A DNA stretch of 62,581 bases, the filler included, from Hausera hauseri (taxonomy: Eukaryota): NCBI GenBank assembly GCA_046269625.1. It is 11 parts of 11 records of this genome, joined end to end, with 100 filler letters (N's around TTAATTAATTAA, not from the genome) between each part and the next. Parts side by side here need not be neighbours in the genome. Positions count along the whole stretch, not along the records: positions 21,600 to 26,134 come from JBJURY010537787.1; positions 26,235 to 35,710 come from JBJURY010363261.1; positions 35,811 to 39,982 come from JBJURY010721879.1; 8 more parts are not named here. One strand, given 5' to 3'. Of this stretch, positions 23,432 to 37,771 are shown in pieces; positions within the stretch are counted from its first letter, which is position 1, and each line of letters starts with the position of its first letter. The position numbers were made by a program, and so were the translations under genes. The notes under the pieces are model-generated. The model saw only the letters and a list, made by a program, of their open reading frames with translations, was not told where the DNA came from and did not search any database.

Positions 23432-26134
23432 TCACCCACCCCCGTGGCAAAGCAAAGACTAGAGAGGTAAGAAAGTAGAAAATAGGTAGAAGCGGTGCAG
23501 GCAGTCCAAGTGGTCTTTGTGTGGGTAAGACGTTGTACTCCTGAAGTGTTAATCTCCTTACTGTAGGTACTAAATGTGACTGATTTGTGAATTTTTAATG
23601 TCCTTGAACCTGCTTGTTGGGGTGATTGAGATACAAAAAAGTCGGATTTGGTTGTGTTAGATGTTGTGTCGTGCAAAGACGGAGAAGGAGATAAAGGATA
23701 AGATGAAGGAGAAAAGGGAGTAAAAGTTGGTAGAGTAGTAGAATTGGAGCTTGGAGGAGGTTCGGGTAGAGAAGTAGAAATAGGGGTCGGCATGGAAATG
23801 GGTGCAGATGCTGGAGGAACTGAAGGAGGAAAAGATGGGGGAGTCAAAAAGAGGGTAGAAGATTCAATTTGGGGGGTATCACCTACGAAAAAGCAGGCTT
23901 TACGTTGTTAATGTGCACCGCTAGTTCCTTACCGTCTTTAGAAATAAAGGCATTGTGGGAATGCAATTGAACAAGTTTGTAGGGCCCCAAATACCGCGGT
24001 TGAAAACTTCACGGCGTCTGGTTTCTCAGCCAGACGAACTTTGCCGAATACAAATCCTCCGGTAGGTACGTTTTATTGTTATTTATGATCCTGCAGAATG
24101 AATCTTTACTGACTGAGATAAAGTGGTCTTGTGCCGATCGGATAGCTTCGTCTGTAGGTGTATCTTCCAAGGCAGTTAACTTAAACAATGAACATACAGG
24201 TGTTCCGAAGAGGGCTTCCGGAAGTAAACAACCAGTAGAAGTAGAAGGGGTGTTTCGGTTATGTGTGTATATGGCTGATTCCTAATCGGTTAACGAGTGA
24301 TTTAAACAAACTGGACTCAAACTGATTACCTTTGTTCGTAATAATGAATCTAGGGGATCCGAATCTGCTGATGCAAGTGCGTATGAAAACGTCGGCTATT
24401 GTATCCGTGTTAGTGTTCCGTACAGGAACATTTTCTGGCCAACGTGAGGAACGATCCATTATGGTCAAAATGAACTGATGACCGTTGTCAGGAGGAAGAG
24501 GACCAACGAGATCAACATGAACAGACTCGAAACGTGATGTGCAAGGGAAATGATATAGTGGTGGCTTCAAATGTTTGGTGGTGTTAAATTTCTGACAGAC
24601 CACACACTCCCTTACCCACGCTTACACATCAGCACACATTGGTGGCCAAATACCTGTCGGTGGAGTAAACGAAATGTGGCCTTAGCTCCAGGGTGGTATA
24701 GCGAATGAATACTGTTAAACGCTTGCCGTTGTAAAGATGGTGCGAAAATTATTTTAGAATGACCTGGTTTGGAAGTGTCTAAAGCCACGACGTCAACAAT
24801 TGTGCAAGACTTTAAAGAATTAAGCATGTCCTGAGGTGGCTGGTTCTGTTGAAGTTGTACTTGAGAGAAGATTGGTGAAAAATTAATCAAACCAACCGTC
24901 CTAGATAGGAAATCGGCAACCAAATTATTAACCCCGTTAATATGTTTAATGTCAAAATTAAATGTCGACAGATATGATATCTGCTGTTCTTGGCGTGAGG
25001 AAGGACGTTTCATAGCCATGATGTTTAGCAAAAGCTTGTGATAGATCTGTATGGTAAAACGGCAAGAGACAAGTAAGCGTGAGAAAAGCTTTAAATCGAG
25101 AACGATGGCCAATAATTCTCACCCGAACTTTGAATATCGAGTTTCAGGGTATTTTAGTTTGCGAGAGAAAATTCTAGTGGTTGATTTTCTCCTTTGTGTA
25201 TATGGTAAAGCACAGCACCTACCGCAGTGGTTGAAGCGTCTTTAATAGGAATGAGTTCTGCGTCAGGCTTAGGGAAAGAGAGAATGTCGACTGTCTTAAT
25301 TCCTTCGCGTAGCTTATCAAACTTATCAACCAGGTCAGGTGTCCACTGGATTGGCTGATGCTTTTTGCCGCCGCTTAAGTGAGCAAATGGGGCGGTAAGT
25401 TCATAGCTGTACAGCACATACTTGTGAACGAAGTGCAAAGTTCCCAAAAAGCTCCTCATTTCTGTTGCTGTTCGAGGTAGTTGTATACTTTTGAGAGCTT
25501 CAATACGTTCTGGCTGACGAGAATGACAATTTGCTGAAATGTTGTGTCCGAGAAAGTTAAAGCGCTTTTGGAAGAAGTGACATTTCGTAAAATTAATTTG
25601 TATATTATAGTGGTTAAGTCGTTGGAAAATAGAAAGAAGGTGTTCCTCATGCTGTTTAATTGAAGACGAACGAATCAAGATACAATCCATATATGGATGC
25701 GCAAAAGTGAAATCCAAGAGGATGAAATCGATGTGACGTTGGAAAGTCTGCTCAGCGTTGCACAAACCAAGCGCATATAAATGTATTCGTACAGGCCGAA
25801 AGGTGTCGTAACGGCAATTTTCTCTATGTCCTCGGGTGCTATAGGAATTTGATGATATGCCTAGGCTAAGTCTATGGCTGAATATACTGTAGTGGAATTG
25901 AGACGGTGCTGGATATCCTTAATTAATGGTAAAGGATATGCATCCATAACAGTTAAAGTGTTTAGCTGACGGTAATCACCGCATGGTCGGAATGATTTAT
26001 CATTTTTGGACAACGTGTAAAGGCAAAGACCACGGCAACTTGGATCTGCGTACAATGCCGGAGCGTTCAAGGTCTAGAAATTCCGATTCGACAGCTTGCC
26101 CTCGACGAGGTGACAATGGACGTACCTTTTGAAG
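23170..26134 (-). mobile_element. CsRn1-like Gypsy (family B), pol + Pro/Ser-rich tail + 3' LTR, decayed
   Basis: [42 protein letters not shown]. Confidence 0.92.
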
Positions 26135-27210
26135 NNNNNNNNNNNNNNNNNNNNNNNNNNNNNNNNNNNNNNNNNNNNTTAATTAATTAANNNNNNNNNN
26201 NNNNNNNNNNNNNNNNNNNNNNNNNNNNNNNNNNGCAAGATCCTAATCATTTGGCGACAGCCCGTCTTAATGAGTATTTCAGAGATGGAGAAGAATGCCA
26301 GTTTTTCGATTCAGTCAATTTCCTCGGGATTTTCCCGAGGATAATGACGGCGATAGACTACCTATCAGAGTTTCTAGTACCGACCGAAAGCTAGTTGGTC
26401 TCAATTTGTTTTGGCAGACACACAAAGTCTTGCTATGAGAAGGCTCACACAATCGAGTTCCGATAATTTCTTCGAATCAGTGGACGGACAGGAAAACTAT
26501 AAATGTAGCAGTAAACATTCAATTTTTGTTTTTTATTTCTATTTTGTTGTGGTGTCCACATTGGTCTACCAAACAAAAATTTTAATTGACAAAGTTATTG
26601 GTTGTTTAAATATGCGAAATTATTTTGTCGGTGTTTAACATTTTGAAAATATACATATTTTTTGAGAAATCGCTTTTTATTCTTTGTTTGGAAATTACGT
26701 TCAAACTAAAGTTTGTGAATTTTATACATAAGTGATTTTTGAAAGCTCTAAAATTTTTGATTTCTGATCTAAAAATATTACTAAAACAAAACCATTTAAT
26801 TTATATTTATGGAATATACAGCAAGGAAAGCTCCAATTTTCAATATTTAGTCGCCAACCAAAATTTCCAAAAAGTCTGCGGAATTTTGGTAAAAATCATT
26901 CAGAATATGGAAGCTTTTCATCTGTGCAAAGTGGCATATTTAAGACAAACCAAAATTTCCCATATCAAAACCATTCGGAGTCTATTAGTCGATCGTTACA
27001 AATCAACTAACCTATTACTTATAGAAATCCATCATTGCATGCTCCCATGACATCGAATTATTCGACGAATTACCGAACTTTTGACACTTCGAATATGCCG
27101 CGAAGCCAGTGAAATTTTTTTAGGAAATCTATCATAAGCAATATGAAGAAGATCATTCTCACATTAATGATTCTTCTTATGACTTAAATAATGATTTTAT
27201 ACCGATCGTT

Positions 27211-27545
27211 TTATTGAACTGTTTCATTGCTTTTATGTCCCATTTCATACAAAATTGTCATTAAAGCCAAGGTAACAATAATGGTGGTAACGACTACCGC
27301 AAACGCTCCAGTTTCGGATAGAATCGTGTATCTTAATCCGGTCTCCACACCAAATACACCCGTGGATATCAATCCGGCATCACTAGACAACAAAACCGAT
27401 AAACCGGCACCACAGGCATATGCATAAAATAAAAGGGATTTCAAGCGTCGTTTCCTAACTGCTAATGAAACTACGATTCACTACTATACCCTACAGGCAC
27501 TGTAACGCACAATAATTCCCTAACCAGGGAGAAACCATCATCTCT
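27211..27545 (-). pseudogene. Possible decayed multipass membrane (class A GPCR-like TM3-TM5) fragment
   Basis: With one stop and one frameshift it reads GNYCALQCL*GIVVNR..LAVRKRRLKSLLFYAYACGAGLSVLL...AFAVVVTTIIVTLALMTILY. Confidence 0.25.
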
Positions 27546-27859
27546 ACATCAACCCCCCAATCTAGTCTTGATTGTTATAGTTGTAATGTTTTATAAATGG
27601 ATTATTTTTCAAACAAATATTTAAATTAAATTTTAATACGGATGTTCAATTTTTTATTTAATTTTTATCAATATATAAATAATTATCGTTGAAAAATAAT
27701 TTTAAAACATTTAACATAAATTAGTTGAATACAAGTTGTCGGAAAGCTGATAGAAATTTTGCTAATTTATAAAATTCTTTTGAATATTAGGGGAAAATTG
27801 AAGAAGTGCAAAATAACGCAACATTTATAAAGTCATATAATACAATCAACCAAAAACCG

Positions 27860-28470
27860 GTTGAGAAAAGCATTTTCAAAACCCACAATCGGCTGTCTAC
27901 TTTAATAAAATCGAACAACTGGCAAAGGGAATCTTTAGCCACAGAATAACACCGGAAGTTCTAACAGAGGAATTGATGATCCATTGTTGTGACGATCCGG
28001 AGATGAGAAAGGAAATCTACCACAGTGACGAAAAAAATGTCGAACAAATCAAAGAGAAAATACAGAAAGTTTCAACAAAGACGGAAGAGATAAACACAGT
28101 CAGAAACTACGCTAGAGAGGATCGATGGAGTTACTAGAATGTTGCGGTACACAAATTTTACAAACGAAGACAAAAAAGGAGGGATTTCAAACTGCACTAT
28201 ACGCAGGCAAAGAGTATGATGAAATACTGGTCATGCCAGAAAGACAGGTATGCAATCAGCAGATGGAACCTCCAACAAGCACGAAGATGTTTCGGTTACG
28301 GAAAAAAAGGACACATTAACAGGAGTTAATGTAAAGGAAGTGAGCACATTGCGCCAACCCTTCCTGCAGAAGGAAAATCGATTTGGTTCACGGATGACTC
28401 ATGGGGTAGAAAAAATGCTGCACACACGCACGACTAACCGGACGTAGATAGGAGACACACAGTTATGAAA
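27860..28470 (+). pseudogene. Gypsy gag relic; part duplicated at ~31395-31540
   Basis: LTEELMIHCCDDPEMRKEIY and degenerate Zn-knuckle remnants. The two copies share clear nucleotide similarity. Confidence 0.55.
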
Positions 28471-28547
28471 GTAATACACATAAGCATGTGTACTGCATGG
28501 CTTGTAGGTGGATTTAAAAATTTAAATTTCGCAATAAATGCTTTTAA

Positions 28548-30965
28548 ATTATGGTATTAATTTGTTTTAATTTTGCAAAGATGATAGAAATATTAGTGTG
28601 TCAAATTCAAGTACATTTTATACAATTAAACATGAATTTCAATAATGATTGTTGGCCGCGGACGTATCCACACTGTCCACATCATCGCCCAGCTTGGGTA
28701 TGGTTGGAAAATCCCCAACCCCTGGTATGTCCGCTAAAGCAGAATTTGATCGTTTGTAAATATTCATTGCAAAGTTAACACCAGTTGTAGAAAATTTTAT
28801 TGCCTCTCAAAATCCTTCTTTAGAAACAAGTTTTTCGAAATTCCAAAATTAAATTATACCTTTAATATTACACGTTTAAATTAAATTTTTAAAATTTAAA
28901 AATGCTTTTAATTTAAATTTAGAATTTCTGTTCTCGATTATATCCTCATAATCATTTAAGCCAATGGTGATTTTTTTAATTCTGCTCACCTAAATAAACT
29001 ACGTATTTAGAATTTCAAATTGGATTTAGAAGGCGAAATTAAGCGACTCACAGAAGAAATATACACTCGGATAATTGATTGTGTTCAATTCCTAAATGAA
29101 ATGCAGAATCAATACCTTTTATCAAAGGAAGACTATGTAGAAATTGTAGTTTGAACAATATGTATTACAAATATTGAAGAATTTAAAAGAAGACACATAA
29201 ATGTTTTACTTGTGTGTAGTATCATTATGCGTTCACGTGTAATATATTTATCAAGATTTGCACGTTAATAAATGTTTTACTTAACTTTTGTATGTTATAG
29301 TCATAAATGTTCAGAATGTAAAACCCATAATATGCTATGGGTGCGGTCAGCAAGGACACACAAGAAGAAACTGCATAAACATAATATGTAATAGATCACA
29401 ATAGAGGGCACAGGGAAGAAGCATTTTATACAAAATTTGGCAAGGCACAAGAGGACAAAATACGTATACCGATAACCTGAAAAGTGTGGGGTATGGTCAG
29501 AAAAGATATGGAGAGGGGGTAAACAGCATACACGCAGACGTTGCAAATATTGATGAAGACTATAAAAAATTTATCACAGAGTCGACAAGCTCAAAAGGCA
29601 GAGCCTCGCAGAAGTGAAGCCAGTCGGGGCATTACGACTTGTCCAAGCACACTGAATGAATTAAAACAGTTAAAAAATGTGATAATTTGTTTAAATAGGA
29701 AGTATCTTCCAAAATGCCGAAGAGAGGTATGAAACTTTCGAAATGAGAGTGAGTAAATTGGTAGAATAAGTTAAAGAAGCATTCGACAAGGCAGACTCGT
29801 TGGAAGAAATTACGAAGCTCTTTGTGGTACAAGGAATGAAAGATCAAGAGCTCAAAAAGATGTTCATTTTGGATTCAAGTATGTCAGCAGAAAAACGATT
29901 GGCATTGGCCGAGACGATTGAATGTATGAATATTCCAACACAGGTGGCGGAATTTAAATCGGGTAAACAGACATATTCCAGAATAGTTAGTAAAAATTTT
30001 ACACCGAAGCTGACGAAGATAGAACCAGCGCCAATTCTATCTGAGAAAAGGTTATCAAATCAACGTCATATGCCGGAAAGACAAGAACAAAATAGACCAA
30101 AGCTGACAGAATCAATAAAAAGTATTGCACGACGATATTTCTGTAAGGCGATGTGTAAACAGTTTCCAGAAGCCAAACCGTTGCGACCTGGTCAATGTTT
30201 CTGTTGCGGCGAGCATGACCACAGAAGGGTTGAATACCCCTTGCATTATACATGTTTGATATGTGGACAAGAAAGTCGATTGAACGGAGATAAGTGTGAT
30301 AAAACTTTTATAATAAACCTCTTATGGATAATTCTATCTTACAATCATCGAGTGACGTTTTGGTCGGAATGGTAAAGACTCAACCTACTAACAAGGCAAC
30401 CAACGCTTTAAGAGACTTCTTCGAGAAAAAAGTGATGGCCAAAGAATTCCACAAAGGTACAACGTGGAAACCTTTATTGAAATATGTGAAAGATACTTCG
30501 ACTTCATAAAGATGTCGGAGAAGAACAGGGAAACCGCGGCTCTGTGCCTTTTGGTGGAAGAAGCATAGAAAAAAATACAATCTTGTGAGCCTGAAGGTGA
30601 AAGGGGTACCAAAACCGGTGGAGAAAAGCCTTTTGAAAACTATAACATCCCAGCTGAGATGTTGCAGCGATCAATGGCAACATGAAGTGCAGATTGGAAG
30701 AATGCATACGTACAGGACGACATCATCTACATTTGTTTGAGATTAAACGGGTGTCTTAAAATTATGCATATAAAAATGAGTAAAATTAAAAAACAACTCA
30801 GAGAAATTATTGAGAATACAAATACAACATCTATAAAAATTTACTGTGCAAAATATTATATTAGTAAAATAATTATTAGCGATATTAAAGAAAAAGAGAA
30901 CAAAGGCGGTATTCTTCCATTAGTAGCTTTAATTCCTTTAATTACTGCTGCTATTGCAGTGGCTG
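28548..30965 (+). repeat. Composite dispersed repeat, copy A (includes CCHC gag fragment and GG|ILPL ORF; ~1.2 kb longer than copy B)
   Basis: 28548-29695 aligns to 34474-35625; 30870-30955 aligns to 35628-35710. Confidence 0.85.
29700..30290 (+). pseudogene. Gag-like fragment with CCHC knuckles
   Basis: LFVVQGMKDQELKKMF...QCFCCGEHDHRRVE(Y)P..CLICG. Confidence 0.6.
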
Positions 30966-30979
30966 CCGACACGCTTTAA
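30764..30979 (+). pseudogene. Polinton/adintovirus small core-protein-like ORF (GG|ILPL amphipathic motif), truncated
   Basis: KEKENKGGILPLVALIPLITAAIAVAA resembles the xGG|(F/I)LPL maturation-site plus hydrophobic helix of Polinton small proteins. A second copy lies at 35628-35710. Confidence 0.5.
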
Positions 30980-31577
30980 GAGAATTCTTCGAGAAGAAAT
31001 TGATGCCCAAAGAATTCCAGAAAGGTAACAACGTCGAAACCTTTACTGGAAATGCGAGAGATACTTCAACTTTATAAAAATGTGGGAGAAGGACCGGAAA
31101 ACCGCGGTCATCTCGGGCGAGGAGGACATCCAAGGGTCAGAGAGCGATGCATGGAACGTTGATTTGGATGAAGAGAATAAGTACACTCAGGAGATGTCCC
31201 TGACGATGGTACCGACAATTGTAAGCAGTGACGTGGATCATGACGGCAACCCCTATGCAGAGATCACTACCAAAGTCAACCATGGATCAACCGCGGTAGT
31301 ATCGGAAGATCGTTTCCCTATAGAACCGTTCATCACTAGAGCAACAACCATGATCAATCCATGCAGAACCCTCGGCGAACAATACGCATAGAACATAGGG
31401 AATCTTTAGCCACAAAATAACACCAAAAGCTCTAACAGAGGAACTGTTGATCCTTTGTCGTTGCAATCCGGAGATGAGAAAGAAAATCTACCAGAGTGAC
31501 GAAAAACGTAGAAAAAATCGAAGAGAAAATACAGAATATTGTACATAATTTTCCTTAATTTGGGAAAACAGAATGTA

Positions 31578-32771
31578 CAGTGGTGTGCTGAAGTTTAGAA
31601 CACCCAAGTAAATTTTAATTTTCAAGTTTCATTGTTATTTTCTGACTTCCTGTTTGATCTAATGATAGCTGTTGAAGATTATTAGTATTTTGGTAATATC
31701 ATTAACATTTTTATATTGTTTATGTATATTAAACATTCATATAACGATTTGGCAACATTTTAATTGTACTATTGTGAATGTTGACAAACTTGCATAATTT
31801 TAATTAAAATTTATTTAACGTCAGTATTCAATATTTCGAATAAAACTTTTGGTTATAGTTGTGTTTTTGGTTGTTGAAATTTTTCTGTATCTAACAATGG
31901 TGAAGGTAGGGAACTTTTGTTAAGACCTCATGTTGAGTGGGTACAGGAGCGAACTAATTGTAAATGATTGTAAAGAATGTTTTTCTGTGTTGAATTAAGT
32001 TAAGAATATTATTACATTTATATATTCTTGTACTTTTTTTAGAAAATTAATTAGCTGTGGACAAAATAAGAATTCATTGTCACCAACGAAGCATGCCCAG
32101 ATTGTAGCCTTTTCAAAACGTGGAAGAAGCCAAGTGGAAACTGCCTGCCACTTTGTCATCTCTATAAAGGCTGTGCCGGTATCCTTGAACAAGTTTAAAC
32201 TGAGTGCAAGCTTCAAGGGTGCTGCACGGGGTGGTAAACCCGATAAAACGACTGACCATGATGAACGTGTAATCCGAAGATTTGTTTCTGCCAACCAAAC
32301 AACATCAGCCATTCAAGCTCAGAGAGAGTTAACATGTGCTAATGTTCACATACATCGATCAACCGTCAGTAGACGTTTGCAGAAAATAAAACTGGCAGCT
32401 CAAAGCCTGCCAAAATGCCCTTGTTAACAGCCAGAATGAGCAAACAGCGTTTGAGTTTACTATGGCTCATGACCACCGGACTGCTTTTTCCAAAGATGAT
32501 TATTATCTGAAGAATGTCGGAACAATGTTGATTAGAGACGAAACAGTTAAACGAAACTTAGATGAAGAAACAAGAACTCAAAGCAAAGCAGAAATTCGAG
32601 AGTCCGCCTTCAATCTCCAGTGGGAAGAATGTAAAAATTTTAAAGGAAGTATAAAAAGAGAACAAAATTATTTGGCTGCATGAAAAAGAAACTTTTTTCC
32701 AGCTATCGATTTTTTAAATGTTACAAACATTTTTAATTTTTCTGAGTAAACTTAATTTTTTGCGACGACTG
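31578..32771 (+). mobile_element. Tc1-like DNA transposon relic(s)
   Basis: TA|CAGTGGTGTGCTGAAGTTTAGAACACCC left end; HTH region RGGKPDKTTDHDERVIRR..STVSRRL (32077-32427). The CTG|TA end at 32771 is not the same TIR, so this is probably a chimera. Confidence 0.75.
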
Positions 32772-32849
32772 TATTCATAACTAATTCATATTTGTATTTT
32801 ACTTTAAGTTTTAGACAATTTGTGTAGTGATAAGGAAAACACGGAAAAG

Positions 32850-33260
32850 TCTGTAATTAAAAGAAAATGGCTTGATGTCTTGATCGCATTGAAAACCAAC
32901 ACCCAAGCAGAGAATACTGCATTAGAGATCAAATCGCAAGAGGAAACCATATGAAAAATATTAGTAGCGGATAATTTTAATCCGAATTTAAAGAAAAATC
33001 GTTTTGGTAATAATAATGATGTTGATGAAGCAGTATTACAAAAATTTTAGGAAATATGAGTTAAGAATGCATCCATCAATGGCTTTATGATGGAGAAAAC
33101 AAAACAATTGCCAGTTCTTCTAAAAATGTAAAAATTAACACCAATAAAAGGAAGATCGGAACACTGAAAACAAAACGCTGTAAAAGTGACAGGTGAAAAG
33201 GCTTCAGTTGATCAAATTGAAGCTGATGATTGAACGTCTAATATTCTTCCCTCTTAAATG
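32850..33260 (+). mobile_element. pogo/Tigger (CENP-B-like) transposase relic
   Basis: DVDEAVLQKF*EI*VKNASINGFMMEK and KVTGEKASVDQIEADD*TSNILP. Confidence 0.6.
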
Positions 33261-33899
33261 TAAAGGATGACACAGAAAAATGGGAAATTTTTAATCGTAT
33301 AGTGGCAGCAATGTACAGTTGGAAGCACTGCGGAACAGGGATCTTGAGCTGTAAACAATGTCGCCATTTAGTAATTATAACCTACTTTCTACGCTCCACT
33401 TTGAATAATAAACGTGTCACAACAACGCAGCTGCATTTGTGAAGAACAGTAAAACCACCAACAAAAGCGTCATCACCGGTACAACACGTCTTGTAAAATT
33501 TCTTTAAGGAGCTATAAATAAGGGTAAGGTTCTTTACTTTAAAATACAAATTTAATTTTGTTTTGTAGAACATGAGATATTTCAAAAGTATTTTTCTTAT
33601 ATGATACTATTTTTCATACATTTTCGTTTGTTTAAATGTATTATTGAAATGAATTAGCTAATAGAATATTTAAATTGATCAAATCTCCCAAACATAAAAC
33701 AAATTTTATTACAATTTATGGTGTCCACCTAACTCAATTGTGAAATTCAATCCTACAAGAAAATTGAAGTCTAATTCCATATCTAAGCTAGTAGTTAGTA
33801 ACTACAATAAACGTCAGTCTAATATTTTGATTGACGAAATTGATTCTCAGTTTATTCTTTTAATCAACTTGATATTTATCAGGCCCAACAAAAAGCGCC

Positions 33900-34440
33900 T
33901 AAAGTATATTGTTGGAACAACAAAAAAAACAACAAAACGACAGCTGGACAAGAAACAGAAACCACAAATTAGGTTCCAAAAACCAACAGAATTCTGGCAT
34001 TGTCACAGAGAAGGGAATATCAGAAGAGATTGCCCAACAGTAAATAAGACAAAGGGCATAGGCAAACGCTGCCACGCACGCCACGAAGAAGGTCACATTG
34101 GGAAAGATTGTCCATATGTGAAATGCCCACACTGCAGAAGGAATGGGCATTTGGGATCGCAGTGCTACCAAAGACGTCACGAACAACGAGAATACACGAC
34201 GAACGCGATCTATGGCGATATGCAATACGATGAATATACAGGCTCCGGCAGACCCACAAAAGAGTCTATTGTCGAACGGTATCCACGGCCACTTAGTGTT
34301 TTGTCGTACGACTGTACATCCGACAGCGAAACGAACCGATCGGGAAACGACCGTTCTCCCCTGTCAAGAAAGACAGAGGTAGCATGCTAAGTAACGCAAT
34401 TATTAAACCATATCGTAGTGTAGAAAAACTTTATCCAAAA
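33900..34440 (+). pseudogene. Gypsy gag C-terminus with three CCHC knuckles
   Basis: (F)WHCHREGNIRRDC, CHARHEEGHIGKDC, CPHCRRNGHLGSQC. Confidence 0.8.
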
Positions 34441-34473
34441 GAATAGTAAAAGTTGTATAGGTAACTGTTTAAA

Positions 34474-35710
34474 TTATGGTTTTAATTTGTTTTAAATTTG
34501 CAAAGATTGCATAAATATTAGTGTGTCAAATTGAAGTACATTTAAGACGATTAAACATGAATTTCAATAATCATTGTTGGCCGCAGACGTATCCACGCCT
34601 TCCATATCATCACCCACATTGGGTAGATTTGAAAAATCCCCGCCCCGTGCTATGTCCGCTAAAGCGGAATTTAATCGTTTGTAAATACTCATTGCAAAGT
34701 TAACAGCAGTTGTAGAAAATTTTATTTCTTCTCAAAATACTTATTTGGAAACACATTTTTCAAAATTCAAAAATTAAATTATACTTTTGATATTACATTT
34801 TTAAATTAAATTTTTAAAATTTAAAAATGTTTCGAATTTAAATTTAGAATTTCGGTTCTCGATTATATCCTCACAATCATTTAATGCAATGGTGATATTT
34901 TTATTTCTGCTCACATAAATAAACTACCTATTTAGAAATGCAAATTGGATTTAGAAGGTGAAATTAAGCGACTCACAGAAGAAATATACACTCAGAAAAT
35001 TGATAGTGTCCAATTCCTAAATGAAATGCAGAATCAATACGTTTCATAAAAGGAAGACAATGTAGAACTTGTAGTTCGAACAATATGTATTACAAATATT
35101 AAAGAAGAATTTAATAGAAGACAGAGAAATGTTTTACTTGTGTGTAGTATCATTATGCATTCACGTGTAATATATTTATCAAGATTTGCACGTTAATAAA
35201 TGTTTTACTTAACTTTTGTATATTATAGTCATAAATGTTCAGAATTTAAAACCCATAATATGCTATAGGTGCGGTCAGAAAGGACACATAAGAAGAAACT
35301 GAATAAACATAATATGCAATAGATGTCACAATAGAAGACACAGGGAAGAAGCATGTTATACATAATTTGGCAAGGGAACAAGAGGGCAAAATACGTATGC
35401 CGATAACCTGAAAAGTGCGGGGTATGGTCAGAAAAGATATGGAGAGAGGGTAAACAGCAGGCACGCAGACGTTGCAAATATTGATGAAGACTATATAGAA
35501 TCCATCAGAGACGACAACCAAAAAAGGCAGAGCCTCGAACGAAGTGAAGCCAGTCGGGGCATTACGACTTGTCCAAGCTCACCAAATGAATTGGAACAGT
35601 TAGAAAATGTGATCATTTGTTTAACAAATTATTAGCGATATTAGAGTAAAAGAGAAAAAAGGCGGTATTCGTCCATTAGTAGCTTTAATTTCTTTAATTA
35701 CTGGTGCTTT
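34474..35710 (+). repeat. Composite dispersed repeat, copy B
   Basis: Directly alignable to 28548-29695 and 30870-30955. Confidence 0.85.
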
Positions 35711-36349
35711 NNNNNNNNNNNNNNNNNNNNNNNNNNNNNNNNNNNNNNNNNNNNTTAATTAATTAANNNNNNNNNNNNNNNNNNNNNNNNNNNNNNNNNN
35801 NNNNNNNNNNAAAAAGATTGGGATGAATTTTTAGAAGGAACTCAATTTGCAATTAATACCACACCACATCCAGCAACAGGATTTACGCCACTTTTTATGA
35901 TGTATTGACGTAAAGCCGTGTTGCCCACGGACTTAGGAATGACGCCATACACAATTAACCCCGAAGATTTGGAACAAAATTTTGCAGATGTATTACAAAC
36001 ACGATTACAAAAGTGCTGGGAAATCGCTAAGGAATTATCTCAAGAATATCAAGAGCAGTTTAAAAAGCAATATGATAAGAAAGCAAAACCGCATGATATA
36101 GAACAAGGGAATTGGGTCTATGTGCATTACCCAGTAGCTAAGAAGGGCACCTCATTAAAATTGACTTGTACAAGCAGAGGACTGTGCAAAGTTACCAAGG
36201 TTACTCCAACTACAGTATATATTAACAAAAATGGAAATGAAGAAGTCGTATCAGTACAAAAAGTTCTTAAGACGGAGATACGGCCCAATAAACGTTACAA
36301 CTTACGACAACGCGAGATAAAAACTTCCTCAATAATTGCCAGACCGATC

Positions 36350-37675
36350 TCGTACGTTCATATAATATAAGCGTTATCGATAATTGCTTCTTACATTCCA
36401 AGTACACAAGCTAAGTGGAGCTACGAAAAATCTACACTAGAAGAAGTTCATGGAATTTGGGAAAATGAAGCAAGATGAGAGGCTAGGAAAACTTAAAGAA
36501 ATCCATCAGTCGAAGAAATTCAAAGATTATTACATTAAATGTCAATTTCCTACTACTCACCCAACTCCACATGCGTCGGATTTAAGGCGCAGAAACCACA
36601 TCACGATTTTGGAAGGTTTTAAATTGTTTTAGATGATGTAATAATAGAAGAAGCCAAGAATTGTGACTTCGAGTTTGGAGATTACACGCAATGTTGTAAC
36701 ATAGATTTCGGACGCACTTACAATCTTACCTACCGTCTGTACTTACCGAGCTTATCTAAAATCTACAAAAAAGACCACCATTTCAATTAATTATTCCTGT
36801 ACGGAACGAAAGCCGTAAAATAGAACCAAACGGAATGTTACGATCTACGGACCCAGACATAAGACTATTAGACGAGAATTTCGGTCGATGAAGCAAGACA
36901 ATGCATTCAGATAGACACCCGGACAGAGTTAGCGGTCAATCGAGAAATTAGTATCGTATTTAAAGCAGCAATTGGATCAACCCGGAAAATAGAATATTGT
37001 TCTATTCGCACAGGTGTACAACGCTCTTGTTGTAAACTGCCTGCAAACCAGGAGTTCAAAATAAGATTTGACTTATACGAAATACGGCCTAATCAACCAA
37101 GTATACAATTACGAATTTACTGTCCAGAAAATAGAATTAGGAAAATTATAGTGGAAACCACAACCAAAAGAGTTAGTCCGACTGTCACCACAAATGACAT
37201 ACCTAAAACAGAATTGGAGAGTATACCTATCAGATTTTCAGCTCATCAGTACAAAATTGTGTTCTCTGTGGAAATGAAACAGAATATAATAATCAAATTG
37301 TAACATTGTTCAAAAATACTTATCAAACAGAGTGCAATTTACTAAAACCACAATCAGAATACATCGTACAAGTACATGCAGAGAACAAACAAACCCAAAC
37401 AATTACATTGCATACTTTAGACGAAATTCACGCGAAATCACATACATACGAAAATATAGACGACGAAACTACAACGTCATATACCACTTTCACCCCTGAG
37501 AATAACTGCCTTACCGATTGCATCTATCGAAGTACTGTCAGCGTTTGTTCTTATTATATTAATTGCGATTTTTTGACTAGTTATCAAAAACTGTTATTCT
37601 AAGCGTCATACAAATTTGGAATGGGAATTAAAGGAGTTGGAAAACCCCGTAGATCCATATGATAAAATAACCTGA
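36350..37675 (+). pseudogene. Family A type I membrane protein with FN3-like repeats, copy 2
   Basis: Signal YVHII*ALSIIASYIPSTQA; NCDFEFGDYTQCCNIDFGRTY; YCSIRTGVQRSCCKLPANQEFKI; LKPQSEYIVQVHAEN; TM VLSAFVLIILIAIFL. Confidence 0.7.
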
Positions 37676-37771
37676 CAATTACAGATCAGGTTATTCTGTC
37701 ATCAATCAAAGAATTGGTTTTGGTTTAAGACCATCTTTTGTTTTAAGATTAACCTTTATGTTTTCTTTTAG

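Noticed and set aside
33298-33486. Solo LTR candidate (also 58629-58750)
   Set aside because: Termini are imperfect, there is no target-site duplication and no second copy in the window.
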